Positions 26,568 through 36,649 of a stretch of 64,000 bases of DNA are shown one piece after another (the first letter of the stretch is position 1; each line of letters starts with the position of its first letter). The notes under the pieces were generated by a model that saw only the letters and a program-made list of their open reading frames with translations, searched no databases and was not told the origin of the DNA. The position numbers and the translations under genes were made by a program. The stretch covers positions 3,162,001 through 3,226,000 of the forward strand of contig CP089278.1 of the NCBI GenBank assembly GCA_023920165.1. Direction: 5' to 3'. The stretch comes from Curvularia clavata. Taxonomy: Eukaryota.

Positions 26568-28358
26568 AGCTCGGGCATATACTTTCCGGCCACATATGGT
26601 TTCCGGCCACCCCACCCAAAGTAGCCACTCAACTCAAACTTGTGATTTTTCCAACACCACGCTTTCAATATGGATCCACGGGAGCTTGCTATACAAAACG
26701 CTATCGCAGATCTCAATTCTGGTGTTTTTAAAAGTGAGCGGGCAGCTGCAAGTTGGCATAAAGTCCCACGATCGACGCTACAAGGCCGTCGCGCAGGCCA
26801 ACAACCACACGCGATAGCTCACCAAAACCAGCAGCGATTGACTCCAGAGCAAGAGCAATTTCTAGTAGAGTGGATACTAGAAGAAGACTCACGCGCACAG
26901 CCGCCATCTCATCCACGCGTTCGAGAGATGGCTACTAGAATTCTACGCATGAACGGCGACTGCCAACCACTTGGACAACTATGGGTATCTCACTTTGTTG
27001 CCCGTAACCCACGCGTCGCGTCGATAGTCGGCCGAAAGATTGAGAGCGTGCGTACTACTGGTGCCAACTATGAGACTATTAAAGCCTTTCTTGAGCTATT
27101 TGAACGTACGCGCATAGAGCTAGGCATACAGTACGAAGATATATGGAATATGGACGAGACTGGAGTCGCGCTAGGGGTATGTACGAACGCTAGAGTGCTT
27201 GCAAGCTCTTCAAAGAAGAAAGCTTACGTCAAGTCTCCAGAGGATCGCGAGTGGGTGTCAGTTATTGAGACCGTCTCCGCCACAGGCGCCAAGCTCCAGT
27301 GCCTAGTTATCTTCAAGGGCAAGCATCTTCAAACTACGTGGTTTCCAGCTACTAGTACACCAAATTGGCTATATACTACGTCAGAGAATGGGTGGACGTC
27401 GAATTCGATTGGATCTGAGTGGCTACAGCGGATTTTTATACCAAATACTGCGCCTACAAGTGGTGGATATCGACTACTCCTTCTTGACGGCCATGGCTCC
27501 CACACGCCTATTGACTTCATGTGGCTTTGTAAGGTGAATAGGATCCAGCTACTATATCTTCCTGCGCATGCCTCTCACTTGCTGCAGCCGCTAGACTTAG
27601 CTCCCTTCTCTGTACTCAAGTCTCGCTATCGTAATCAGATTCAAGCTCTCTCAGCACTTGACGACGCAGCGCCAGTAAAGAAAGAGTGCTTTGTTATATC
27701 ATATAACAAAGCTAGAGAAGAAGGACTATCAGAGCGTGTTGTTAGAGCTGGCTGGAGAGCTGCTGGGCTCTGTCCATATAACCCAGACATTGTATTACTC
27801 TCGTCTCAAATAACTGGCCGACCAGTTACTCCGCCAGCCGCCCGTCAGGCCCAAGATCTACCAGAGCAAGTCTTTAATACCCCTCGGAGCTCACAGGCTC
27901 TACATAAGACCCAACAGCAGCTGCTGCTGTCAGAATCTCTCTCACGAAGCACCCGGCTGGTGCTTAGCAAAGCAGGTAAGGCTATTGCGGAGGCAAATAC
28001 CAGAGCTGCCCAACTTGAAGCTCAAAATCAACAGCTTAGATATCAACTAGATAGCTACAAGATTACTCGCGTAAGAAAACGAGTTCAAGTTAACCCAAAT
28101 GAACGCTTTAGTAACGTTGAGAGTATTAAGGCTGCTATTGACCGAGCAGCAGCTCTACAGGCACAACAGGCAAATATTTCAACTGAAAAAGCAGCTGAAA
28201 AAGCAGCAGCAGAAGCGGCAGCGCTTACTCTTAGCTCTATGTGTAATGAGTGGCAAATATAACTGTTGTTGTCGAAGAAATCGCGACTTTGAGTTGAGTG
28301 GCTACTTTGGGTGGGGTGGCCGGAAACCATATGTGGCCGGAAAGTATATGCCCGAGCT
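26568..28358 (+). mobile_element. Intact Fot1/pogo-type (Tc1/mariner superfamily) DNA transposon
   Basis: About 70-bp TIRs starting AGCTCGGGCATATACTTTCCGGCCAC; TA at 26566-26567 and 28359-28360; intact transposase ORF. Confidence 0.96.
26670..28262 (+). CDS. Pogo/Fot1 DDE transposase, 530 aa
   Basis: HTH N-terminus, IWNMDETG, LLLDGHGSH, LPAHASHLLQPLD. Confidence 0.95.
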   Translation: MDPRELAIQNAIADLNSGVFKSERAAASWHKVPRSTLQGRRAGQQPHAIAHQNQQRLTPEQEQFLVEWILEEDSRAQPPSHPRVREMATRILRMNGDCQPLGQLWVSHFVARNPRVASIVGRKIESVRTTGANYETIKAFLELFERTRIELGIQYEDIWNMDETGVALGVCTNARVLASSSKKKAYVKSPEDREWVSVIETVSATGAKLQCLVIFKGKHLQTTWFPATSTPNWLYTTSENGWTSNSIGSEWLQRIFIPNTAPTSGGYRLLLLDGHGSHTPIDFMWLCKVNRIQLLYLPAHASHLLQPLDLAPFSVLKSRYRNQIQALSALDDAAPVKKECFVISYNKAREEGLSERVVRAGWRAAGLCPYNPDIVLLSSQITGRPVTPPAARQAQDLPEQVFNTPRSSQALHKTQQQLLLSESLSRSTRLVLSKAGKAIAEANTRAAQLEAQNQQLRYQLDSYKITRVRKRVQVNPNERFSNVESIKAAIDRAAALQAQQANISTEKAAEKAAAEAAALTLSSMCNEWQI

Positions 28359-28991
28359 TAATAGTATTGCCGCAAATGGTTGTGGGGCTTGGCACTGCGG
28401 CCGCAGTTTCCGCAACCAAAATCTACTGTATCATGTACAAAGATTTGAGGATAATCATAGCAGCCTGATTATTCCACGCCTAATTCTGAACAATATGAAC
28501 TATATATCTTGTGAATTAGTTGATATTAATTCCAATGATATGCCGATTAGGTTTTCTTATAGGTCAATACAGATTGTCTAGCTTAAAAATCAATGACCAA
28601 TGCGATAATTACTCACTATTAACGTTAGAATGCTGGGTGAGCATAGGAAATTCGACGTGGTGCAAAGACTATTCACCCATTTTTGCGCCTGATAGATGTG
28701 GAGATATTGCGCATGTCAGCCGCTGCAGTTTCAAGCCACTCGCAACCCTGGTCACGGCCGCAGCAACCGCACGTCACTCCATTGGTGATGATGGTGGGTA
28801 AGCTTACAAGACCTGCAGGATGCTTATGAATATGTTTTCAGAAGGTGTATTAAATGGTGTGAGCTTCTTCGTATCTAGCACTTTTGCGATCCATTCCAAG
28901 CTCAATTCAAAGTCCCAATATTTCTCACTACTCTCAACCAACTCCTTCAAGTTCAACTCCATACAACTTCCATCAGTCTTCAACCAACAAT

Positions 28992-30063
28992 ATGAGCCTT
29001 AGTCTGAACGTCAGACGCAGCACTCTCCTCCCCCACAAAGCGCCTTTGACAGAGAAAAACCTTTCCGACCAAACGGGCAAAGTCTTCATAGTCACCGGCG
29101 GCTCTAGTGGACTAGGCAAAGAACTCGTCAACATCCTCTACCAACGCAACGCCAAAGTCTACATCGCTGCGCGCTCCAAGTCGAAAACCAATGAAGTCAT
29201 TGAGGAACTTACCAAAAGTCATCCGTCATCAACAGGAGAGCTGATTTTTCTTTCACTCCAGCTCGATGACCTGACAACGATCAAGAGCTCCGCTCAAGAA
29301 TTTTTATCCAAGGAGACGAGACTGGATGTCCTCTGGAACAATGCAGGCGTTATGGTGCCGCCGCAGGGCTCGAAGACGAAGCAGGGCTACGAGTTACAGA
29401 TTGGCGTTAACAACCTGGGGCACTTCTTGTTCACATGGTTCCTCCGATCAACACTCGAAGCTACTGCCCAGATAGCGCCTAAGAACTCAGTGCGCGTTAT
29501 TTGGGTGTCATCCAGTGCCGCAGATGGGGCACCACATCCCGCGATCGATTTCGATAACATGGATTACCATCGCGAAGAAGGAATTTGGTCAAAGTACTCG
29601 CGCAGAAAAGCTGGTAACGTGATCCACTCGTCTGAGTTTGCAAGGAGAACCCAGGGCTCTGGTATCGTCAGTATTGTAAGTTCTCTGTTCTCATGAAGGT
29701 TAAGATGTGCTGATGAGGGGGGACATAGGCTCTCAATCCTGGAAACTTTGTAACTAATCTCCAGCAAAACATGCCTAAAATACAGCTAACTAGCCATGTT
29801 TGTACGTCGTCTTGCTCTCTCGTACGCTCATAAATAACAGTTTGGGCTAACACTGTGTTCAGAAACTCATGGCGTCGCATCCTAATAATGGCGCCTACAC
29901 TGAGCTCTTTGCAGGACTCAGCCCAACCATCACGGAGAAGGACAATGGCGGGTGGGTTTCACCATTCGGCAAGACGGAACCGGCGCGCAAAGATCTACTT
30001 GATCCGGAACTAGGGAGGACGTACTGGGAGTGGTCTGAAGCGCAGATTTCGCCATACTTGTGA
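28992..30063 (+). CDS. Retinol-dehydrogenase-like SDR (2 introns), possibly frameshifted by a 4-bp insertion
   Basis: KVFIVTGGSSGLG, LWNNAGVM, YSRRK (YxxxK), ALNPG; introns 29676-29728 and 29798/29802-29862; TAACTA at 29787-29792. Confidence 0.88.
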
Positions 30064-30744
30064 TGGTAAAACGCTCCATGTAGAACATGTAAGTAGGAGG
30101 ATTTAATGGCATTTAATATTTATTAGACCATGTCCATGATGCGAGAAAAGCTGGATAATAACACGTGACTGGTGTATTCGAGCTGGACCAACAAAGCCGA
30201 TACATAGACGTATGCCACCGACGGTTCCGGATGTTGCAGATGATGCAGCAGGGCCGGATGAGACAGATAAAACATCCATGTATCCTACTATTTGCTACAC
30301 TGGAAGACGCTAAGTACATCAGTAGTATTTCAAATTCGCATATATTTTCGATGAGGGGCACAGTCACACTGTTAGTCTGTGTGCTCCTAGATAATCTTAG
30401 ATCCGCGACAGATGGTTGATCATCTCAAGTCCAACTTCTTGTAAGTTCACCTAAATATTTGGATTTGTGGATGTATAGCAGCTGAAGATTTTTTTTCTCA
30501 AGTAAATGACGTTAACTTTAAGTGTCATCAATCACCAATATGTAGAAAACTCTATCGAAGTTCAATCTTTGGCAGGCTCCAAGTTCTGATCAATGAGGAA
30601 ATTGTTATCATACCTAACAAAACAAGTCATGTGTGTCGCTCCGTAGACTATGCACAGTCTTTTCACACAGTCTTACATCATTAAAACCTTTCTAACACGG
30701 CCGTTCCAATTATTTAGCAATGTTTGAGACTTGCATTTCCGCTA

Positions 30745-31683
30745 CTACACCTCATTTTCAAGCTCCTTCTCCGTCCAGGACCAGAGTTTCTCGGCTAGCT
30801 TCGGATCATTTGTATGCCTGTTACCCCGACCAGTTACACCCACTGGTTCGTAGTACTCGCCGGACTTGACATTTGGACTTGTAGAAGCCCACAGCTGATT
30901 GAGTGCGCCCGTGTATAAATCAACACCAATGACAGATGCTAAGACTTTCCACGCGATGCGCATGAGGATACTGTTCTCACTCATGGTGTTGGCTAGGTTA
31001 GTTCTTACGAGGCCAGGGTGGACGACGGGAACTTTGAGCTGGGGGTATCGGCGGGCGAATTCTTGGGCGAAGAGAATGTTGGCAAGCTTACTCTGGCCAT
31101 AGCGCGTGGTGGAGCTGATCTCCGGGGCCTTTGTCTTGAGCGTGTTGAACATGATGCCTTGTGCCCTAGGCGCGTACTGGTGAGCCTCTGATGAGAGCAC
31201 AACTACGCGCACGTCAGAGCCGGGCTGCTCGGCCGTCTTGAGCAGGGTAGGGAGGAGTAGCTTGGATAGTAGGGCATGGCCCATGTGGTTTGTACCAAAC
31301 TGGATTTCATAGCCGTCCTTGGTCGTTCCTTCCGGGACAGCCAAGATACCCGCGTTGAGAAGGAGCAGGTCGAGGCGCTGAGATTCCTGGCGAAAGGTCT
31401 TGGCTGCTTCACTGATAGATTCGAAGGACGTGAGATCCATCTGGAGGATCTTGATGGGCGGCGCCTTGGGCACTTGGTGCTTGATATCATCGATGGCTTC
31501 TTGGGCTTTGCTGTTGTTGCGGGCGCCAAGCCAGATCTCGGCTGGGTTGTGTTTGGCGAGCTCGAGGATGGATTGCTTGCCCAGACCGCTGTTGCCACCC
31601 GTGACGAGAATGACTCTGCCCTCTAAGGAGGGAATATCCTTGTCTGGGTTGAAGTGCACACCTTTACTTGAGAAGGCACCCAT
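30745..31683 (-). CDS. Retinol-dehydrogenase-like SDR, 312 aa, intronless
   Basis: LVTGGNSGLG, LLLNAG, QFGTNHMGH, YGQSK, VHPGLVRT. Confidence 0.95.
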   Translation of the reverse strand: MGAFSSKGVHFNPDKDIPSLEGRVILVTGGNSGLGKQSILELAKHNPAEIWLGARNNSKAQEAIDDIKHQVPKAPPIKILQMDLTSFESISEAAKTFRQESQRLDLLLLNAGILAVPEGTTKDGYEIQFGTNHMGHALLSKLLLPTLLKTAEQPGSDVRVVVLSSEAHQYAPRAQGIMFNTLKTKAPEISSTTRYGQSKLANILFAQEFARRYPQLKVPVVHPGLVRTNLANTMSENSILMRIAWKVLASVIGVDLYTGALNQLWASTSPNVKSGEYYEPVGVTGRGNRHTNDPKLAEKLWSWTEKELENEV

Positions 31684-32054
31684 TGCAGTTGTCGATGGAT
31701 AATGATAGGTTTGCTATCGTGTAAGCTGGGACCTTGACGGCGTCAAAATTCAAAGGCTCGACGCCGTGGATTAGCTGAAGGGGTGGGTTTATGAGATAGA
31801 TGCATCTGGTTGATGCAAGGACAGAGTCGTGTAAAACAGGAAAAGATGCAGGAAGATTTCGTCCGCGGACGAAATATGGTTGTTGTATAGAGATTGCAGC
31901 TCCGCTTGAAACTCGTGGTTGAGCTGACGCGGCGACTCGTTCGAGTGATGGAATGGACCCGCTGTGGGAACGAATGCAGGTGCGGCCGCATCCTCCGCTC
32001 GCTACGGCTGGTTCACGGCACCCCTGCTTAGCGCGACCCCACAACCCACCCCTC

Positions 32055-33518
32055 CTCTCGGTGGACTAGAATAGCCGGACAACCCCCGCCCCACCAAAGT
32101 CGCGCACACGCGTCACAATGCAACAACACGTTAAAATATAGCCAAAATCAGCCAAAATTACATTTCAAAACATGTAAAAAAAATTATTAGAAGCGCGAGG
32201 CTCTATACTAATATATATCCCGAACTTGTTAGAGTCGTAGTGGGTAGTTGTCAATAGTTTTGTTGACTTTGAGCTTCTTAAGTGCACGCCAAATCCGACG
32301 AAAACGCTGCTGCCCCTGAACCCTCGTAGCACAGCTTTGCTGCCAAAATTGGTGCTTGAGTGGTGAAACCCAGGTCTCCATAATACTGAGATCGGGTGAT
32401 TTGGGTGGTGAGAGGATATAGTCCATGCTATGGAGTTCTATCCAGCGGAGAGTTTTCTTACTAGTGTGAGACGAATTGTGATCCTGCCACAGAATATATT
32501 TACCGCCCACTCTAAGTAAGTACTTCTACAACTCAGGCAGGACGTATTCTGTATATGTTTTACTATCCATTTTACCATTTTCTAATGTAGTAGAATAGGG
32601 TAGAGCCTATGCAAAGTTATAACCGATAATATAGTAGACGTGAAAGTGATCTTATAATTTAGGATTTGGCTTATGATTTTTTTCGTATTGGATGTTATCC
32701 GGGTGATATTTGGTAGCCTGGCCTGCCTCTCTTTTGATATTTTTCTGATATCTAGGGCCAGTTATCTAGTGAAGCTCATTATACCAGAGCACATTGCGCC
32801 AGTCTCGTGCATCCGGCTTCTTAGAAAGATACCTGTTGACGTATGCCTTACGTAAGTCAAGTTGTGCTGGACTATGACGTTCTTTAGTGATAGCTTTGTG
32901 TGTTTTGATGTCTGAGAGTTGAGTAACTCGTCGTTGTATGTAATAAGAGCTCTATTGAATGTTTTCTACACCTTTCTCATGCTTATACTCCTTTACTATA
33001 CCAGCTTTCTCAGCCAAATCTTGCTAAGAATCACTCTTCTTATGAAACGGAGCATTTTTGATATATGTGGCAACAGCGTCGGCGTCGGACGTGGTGAATT
33101 TTGGCGGTATGCTGCGTGGATCGAGCTTATCAGAGTGCTGCAGTCGGCGGCATCGTCGGGACGCGGCAACATTGGATATCGTAGATTTTGGTATGCCAAG
33201 TATTTTGGAAATACGCCTGTAACTGTATGGTAGCTTCTGTATCTCGCAATAATAGAGTATCGCGATAATGGCGGTGCGTCGAGGGGTGTCAAGTTGGGGT
33301 GGTGCATTGGCATCTTTGACTAGCTCCTGCGGCGGCGTTATGAATCTTTTACATCTTGGTATTGTAATATTTGAATTCGGATAGTAAAATATACTACTTT
33401 TGCTTATGAAATTAATATATTTGAGTACGTGGTGGTGAGATGGTGGGTGGTTGCATGTCAGGGGTTGCATTGTTTTGGTGGGGGCGATGGTTGTCCGGCT
33501 ATTCTAGTCCACCGAGAG
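32055..33518 (-). mobile_element. RIP-damaged Tc1-like (DD34E) DNA transposon
   Basis: Perfect 30-bp TIR CTCTCGGTGGACTAGAATAGCCGGACAACC at both ends. Transposase fragments: HTH (RRISKILGIPKSTISNV), DWRNVLWYNELH, and WQDHNSSH...SPPKSPDLSIMETW with 34 residues between D and E. CCCTC on both flanks. Confidence 0.9.
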
Positions 33519-33614
33519 CCCTCTGCTCTCAGCCACGCTTCCGGGCCAGCCCCCGTCCATCACCACAGCCTCGTCTCTTCGTTCCTTTGTTTGTCACAGG
33601 GAAACAGAACACAG

Positions 33615-35580
33615 ATGGATACGAGCCCCGGAACCACAATCTCACGCACCCAACAGGCATGCCGAGCCTGCAAGCAACAAAAACGACGCTGCGACAAAGG
33701 CATGCCCGAGTGCAGCCTCTGCCAACGGACAGGCCGCAAATGCGAATACACTGACCCGCCAGACCCCCTACCTACTGCGGCCGAGTTTGCCGCCATGCGG
33801 ACACGGCTCGACTACGTAGAAGAGCGCCTAGCTTCTTCGGCTGATCAATCCTTTACCGAGTCCCGTAGCTCGCCAGCTACGTCAAATCGCACCCATCTTG
33901 ACCCTATCGATCCTCACAATCTTGGATGGAGTGCCTTCTCCCCCACTAATTCCAATAGCTTAGCTATGAGCCAAGACCACTCTAAAGTAGACTTTCCCGT
34001 GGCCCTGTTCCTCGATATCGACTACTTTGTCTGGGCTGGAATGCGGCTACCGCATCCCTCTGTTTCGATTCCCATGGTAAGCCATCGCTTCTACGTCGTC
34101 TATCTATTCAGGAACAATCCATCTTGCTAATTCGGTCCAAGGATGTTCTTGCTTTACTCAACCAAGGCAATGTCTTGATTGAAACCTCACGCGACTACTT
34201 TGACACCATTCACTCTTGGATGCCTATCCTATCCAAGAAGAGGATGGATCTTGGCATCTCAGTGCACAATTCCGGTTCCGATCTCGCCATGCTGTTCCTT
34301 GCCATGAAATAGGTCATCACCCCTGCAGAAGACGTCGCTAACAACTCGCTCTACTTACTGGCTAAGAACTTTTTGGCTGCTCTCGAACATCAAGGTGTTA
34401 TCTCGTTGCTCTGTCTCCAGGCTATGATTCTCGTTGCGCTCTACGAGAACAGCCATGCTATATATCCTACCGCGTGGATGACCATCGGGGCTTGTGCGCG
34501 ATATGCCGAAATGCTTGGGCTTTCTTGTGGAGGAAAGAGCATGCCCTGCATGGGCCAAGCTGTACGTTGAGCAACACCCTAGTCGTTTTTGCTCTCAAAG
34601 GGACCAAATTGGACGTAGCCGGGCGAAAAACTAATATCTTTGTCACCAGAATACATGGACGGAATCAGAGGAGAGAAGAAGAGTTTGGTGGGCCATTTTT
34701 ATCCTCGATAGGCTCGTATCTGTGGGGAGCAGAAGAGCCTGCTCGCTCTCAGAACCGTCACCCGAGGGCAGGTTGCCAGTTGACGATGACGCTTGGGTGT
34801 GCTACTCACCTTGCATCAATTCTTCCATTCGCCTCTGATGCCAATAGAAGCCGTGCTAACAGTTTCTTCTCTTAGAATACGGGCGACTTCACCTGCTCCA
34901 TGAGTCACGCTGTCTCCACCCATTACCAAATCCCTCAACCATCCTTCGCTCGTCTCTGTCAAGCGGCCCTCTACGTCGATCGAGCTATAGCCTTTACACG
35001 AAACCAACAACCAATGAGCAATTCACGCATCGCAGAGCTTACCGTGCTCGCCGATGAACTCTGCGCCTTTTGCGCCGTCCTAGACAGCACTCCTCCTAAA
35101 GGCTACCTCCAAGACGGCTTCCTGTCACTCCTTGCACCACAGTGCATGGCCAGATCCGCGCTCTTCATCATCTTGGATCCCTCCACCTGCCCCGAAAAAA
35201 TTGGAACAGGCGCAGGATACATTACCTCTACCGATGCCAAGACATCTGCCGAGCTCAATCTGCAGGCGTATTCAATCAACATTATCCAGCAAGTAAGTCA
35301 ACAAGCGCAAAATTTCATCAAAGAAATCATGTCCATGGTGGACATGGAGGCGCAGCTGGGAAGGGTTAGCCCGTTCATCCTACATTACATGTATTGTACC
35401 ATAGCAACATTCTACTGGTTCTTGGGAGAAAACGGAAAGGAATCATATCAGGCTAGGATTTATGAATTAGGTATGTTTTTAGAGAAGATGGGCACGAGAT
35501 GGAAGTTAGCCGAGAAGTACATGGAACTTGTGAAGTTTTACGATGTATCGGAAAGGTCGAGGAACTTTCCTAGTCGTTGA
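33615..35580 (+). pseudogene. Zn(II)2Cys6 transcription factor with an in-frame premature TAG
   Basis: CRACKQQKRRCDKGMPECSLCQRTGRKC; exon 2 reads YFDTIHSWMPIL...LFLAMK*VITP...LQAMILVALYE...AWMTIGACARY in one frame with TAG at 34310-34312; later WTESEERRRVWWAIFILDR. Confidence 0.85.
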
Positions 35581-36649
35581 ATCCAATTGATAAAAAAATT
35601 TCACATCTCTTCTTGACCTTTTTCCTTGAAGAGCGTATTAAATACCCCCATGCGTCTGAGTATCAAGGCTCTAGCTATCTGCTTAATTTACTGGTGTTTA
35701 CCATCGATTACCAATTCCACCGCAGCCCCTACCACCATATCCATGATTAACTATTACTGGCCATGCGCAGCTCAATCGAACGACTTCAATGAGGGTTTTT
35801 TTTTATAACTAGCACAGCGTTAGATTCTTTTGTTAGCACCATGTCGTTATGCTGTCTAGCATAACAGCCGTTGAATATTCCACTCTAGGTCACGATTGTC
35901 CGTCAATCATGACACTCCAGGTCGAAGTAGCCGAAGGCCTAGCTTCCATTTTAGGACTATTAGCATTATGGTAGTAGCGAATATTTCACCCCCTTGTTTG
36001 TTAAGCATCTTAGCGTATTGGTAGCACTTGCTACCTCAGAACAGCATTGCAGCGTTTAGTTGTTGATACTCACTGGTGGTTCTGTGCTGTTTTAGACCTA
36101 CTTTTCGAAACCATATGGCTTGCGACTTCACCATAATAAAATCGCTTGCACAATCAGTTTCCGGCCCTGATACAGTGCCTAGGCGCATTTTGGTTCAATA
36201 AGCAGAATCCGGGCGCTAGGGGTAGCGCCCAGATTTTGAGCTACACCGAGATCCGATCCAGGAACTACTCGAAGGGCGTTTGGCCCGTTACATTGTCGTC
36301 TTACTCCTTCAGGAGAACTTCAAAGAACTTCCCGGAGTGCCTGACAACGTCTGTAGGACAGTTGTCATATACAATGATTTTCTTAGCTATATTTAGTCCA
36401 GGTTGATGTTGAGGCCCTATTGCGCTATTGCTACTCTGGACCAGTTCGCGATTTCGTGTTATCGTCGAGTTTGACGCTTACAAAGCAATGGTTAGGCACA
36501 ATGTACATGCGCATGAAGTGGCTTTTGATTAATCGACAGTAGTATTTGCGGAAACTCATTGTCATTGAACTAGCTAAATAGTAACGGGCGCGACAGATCG
36601 ATCACTTGATTACATACAATAGTCCATACACCCGACAGCAACAACAAAG

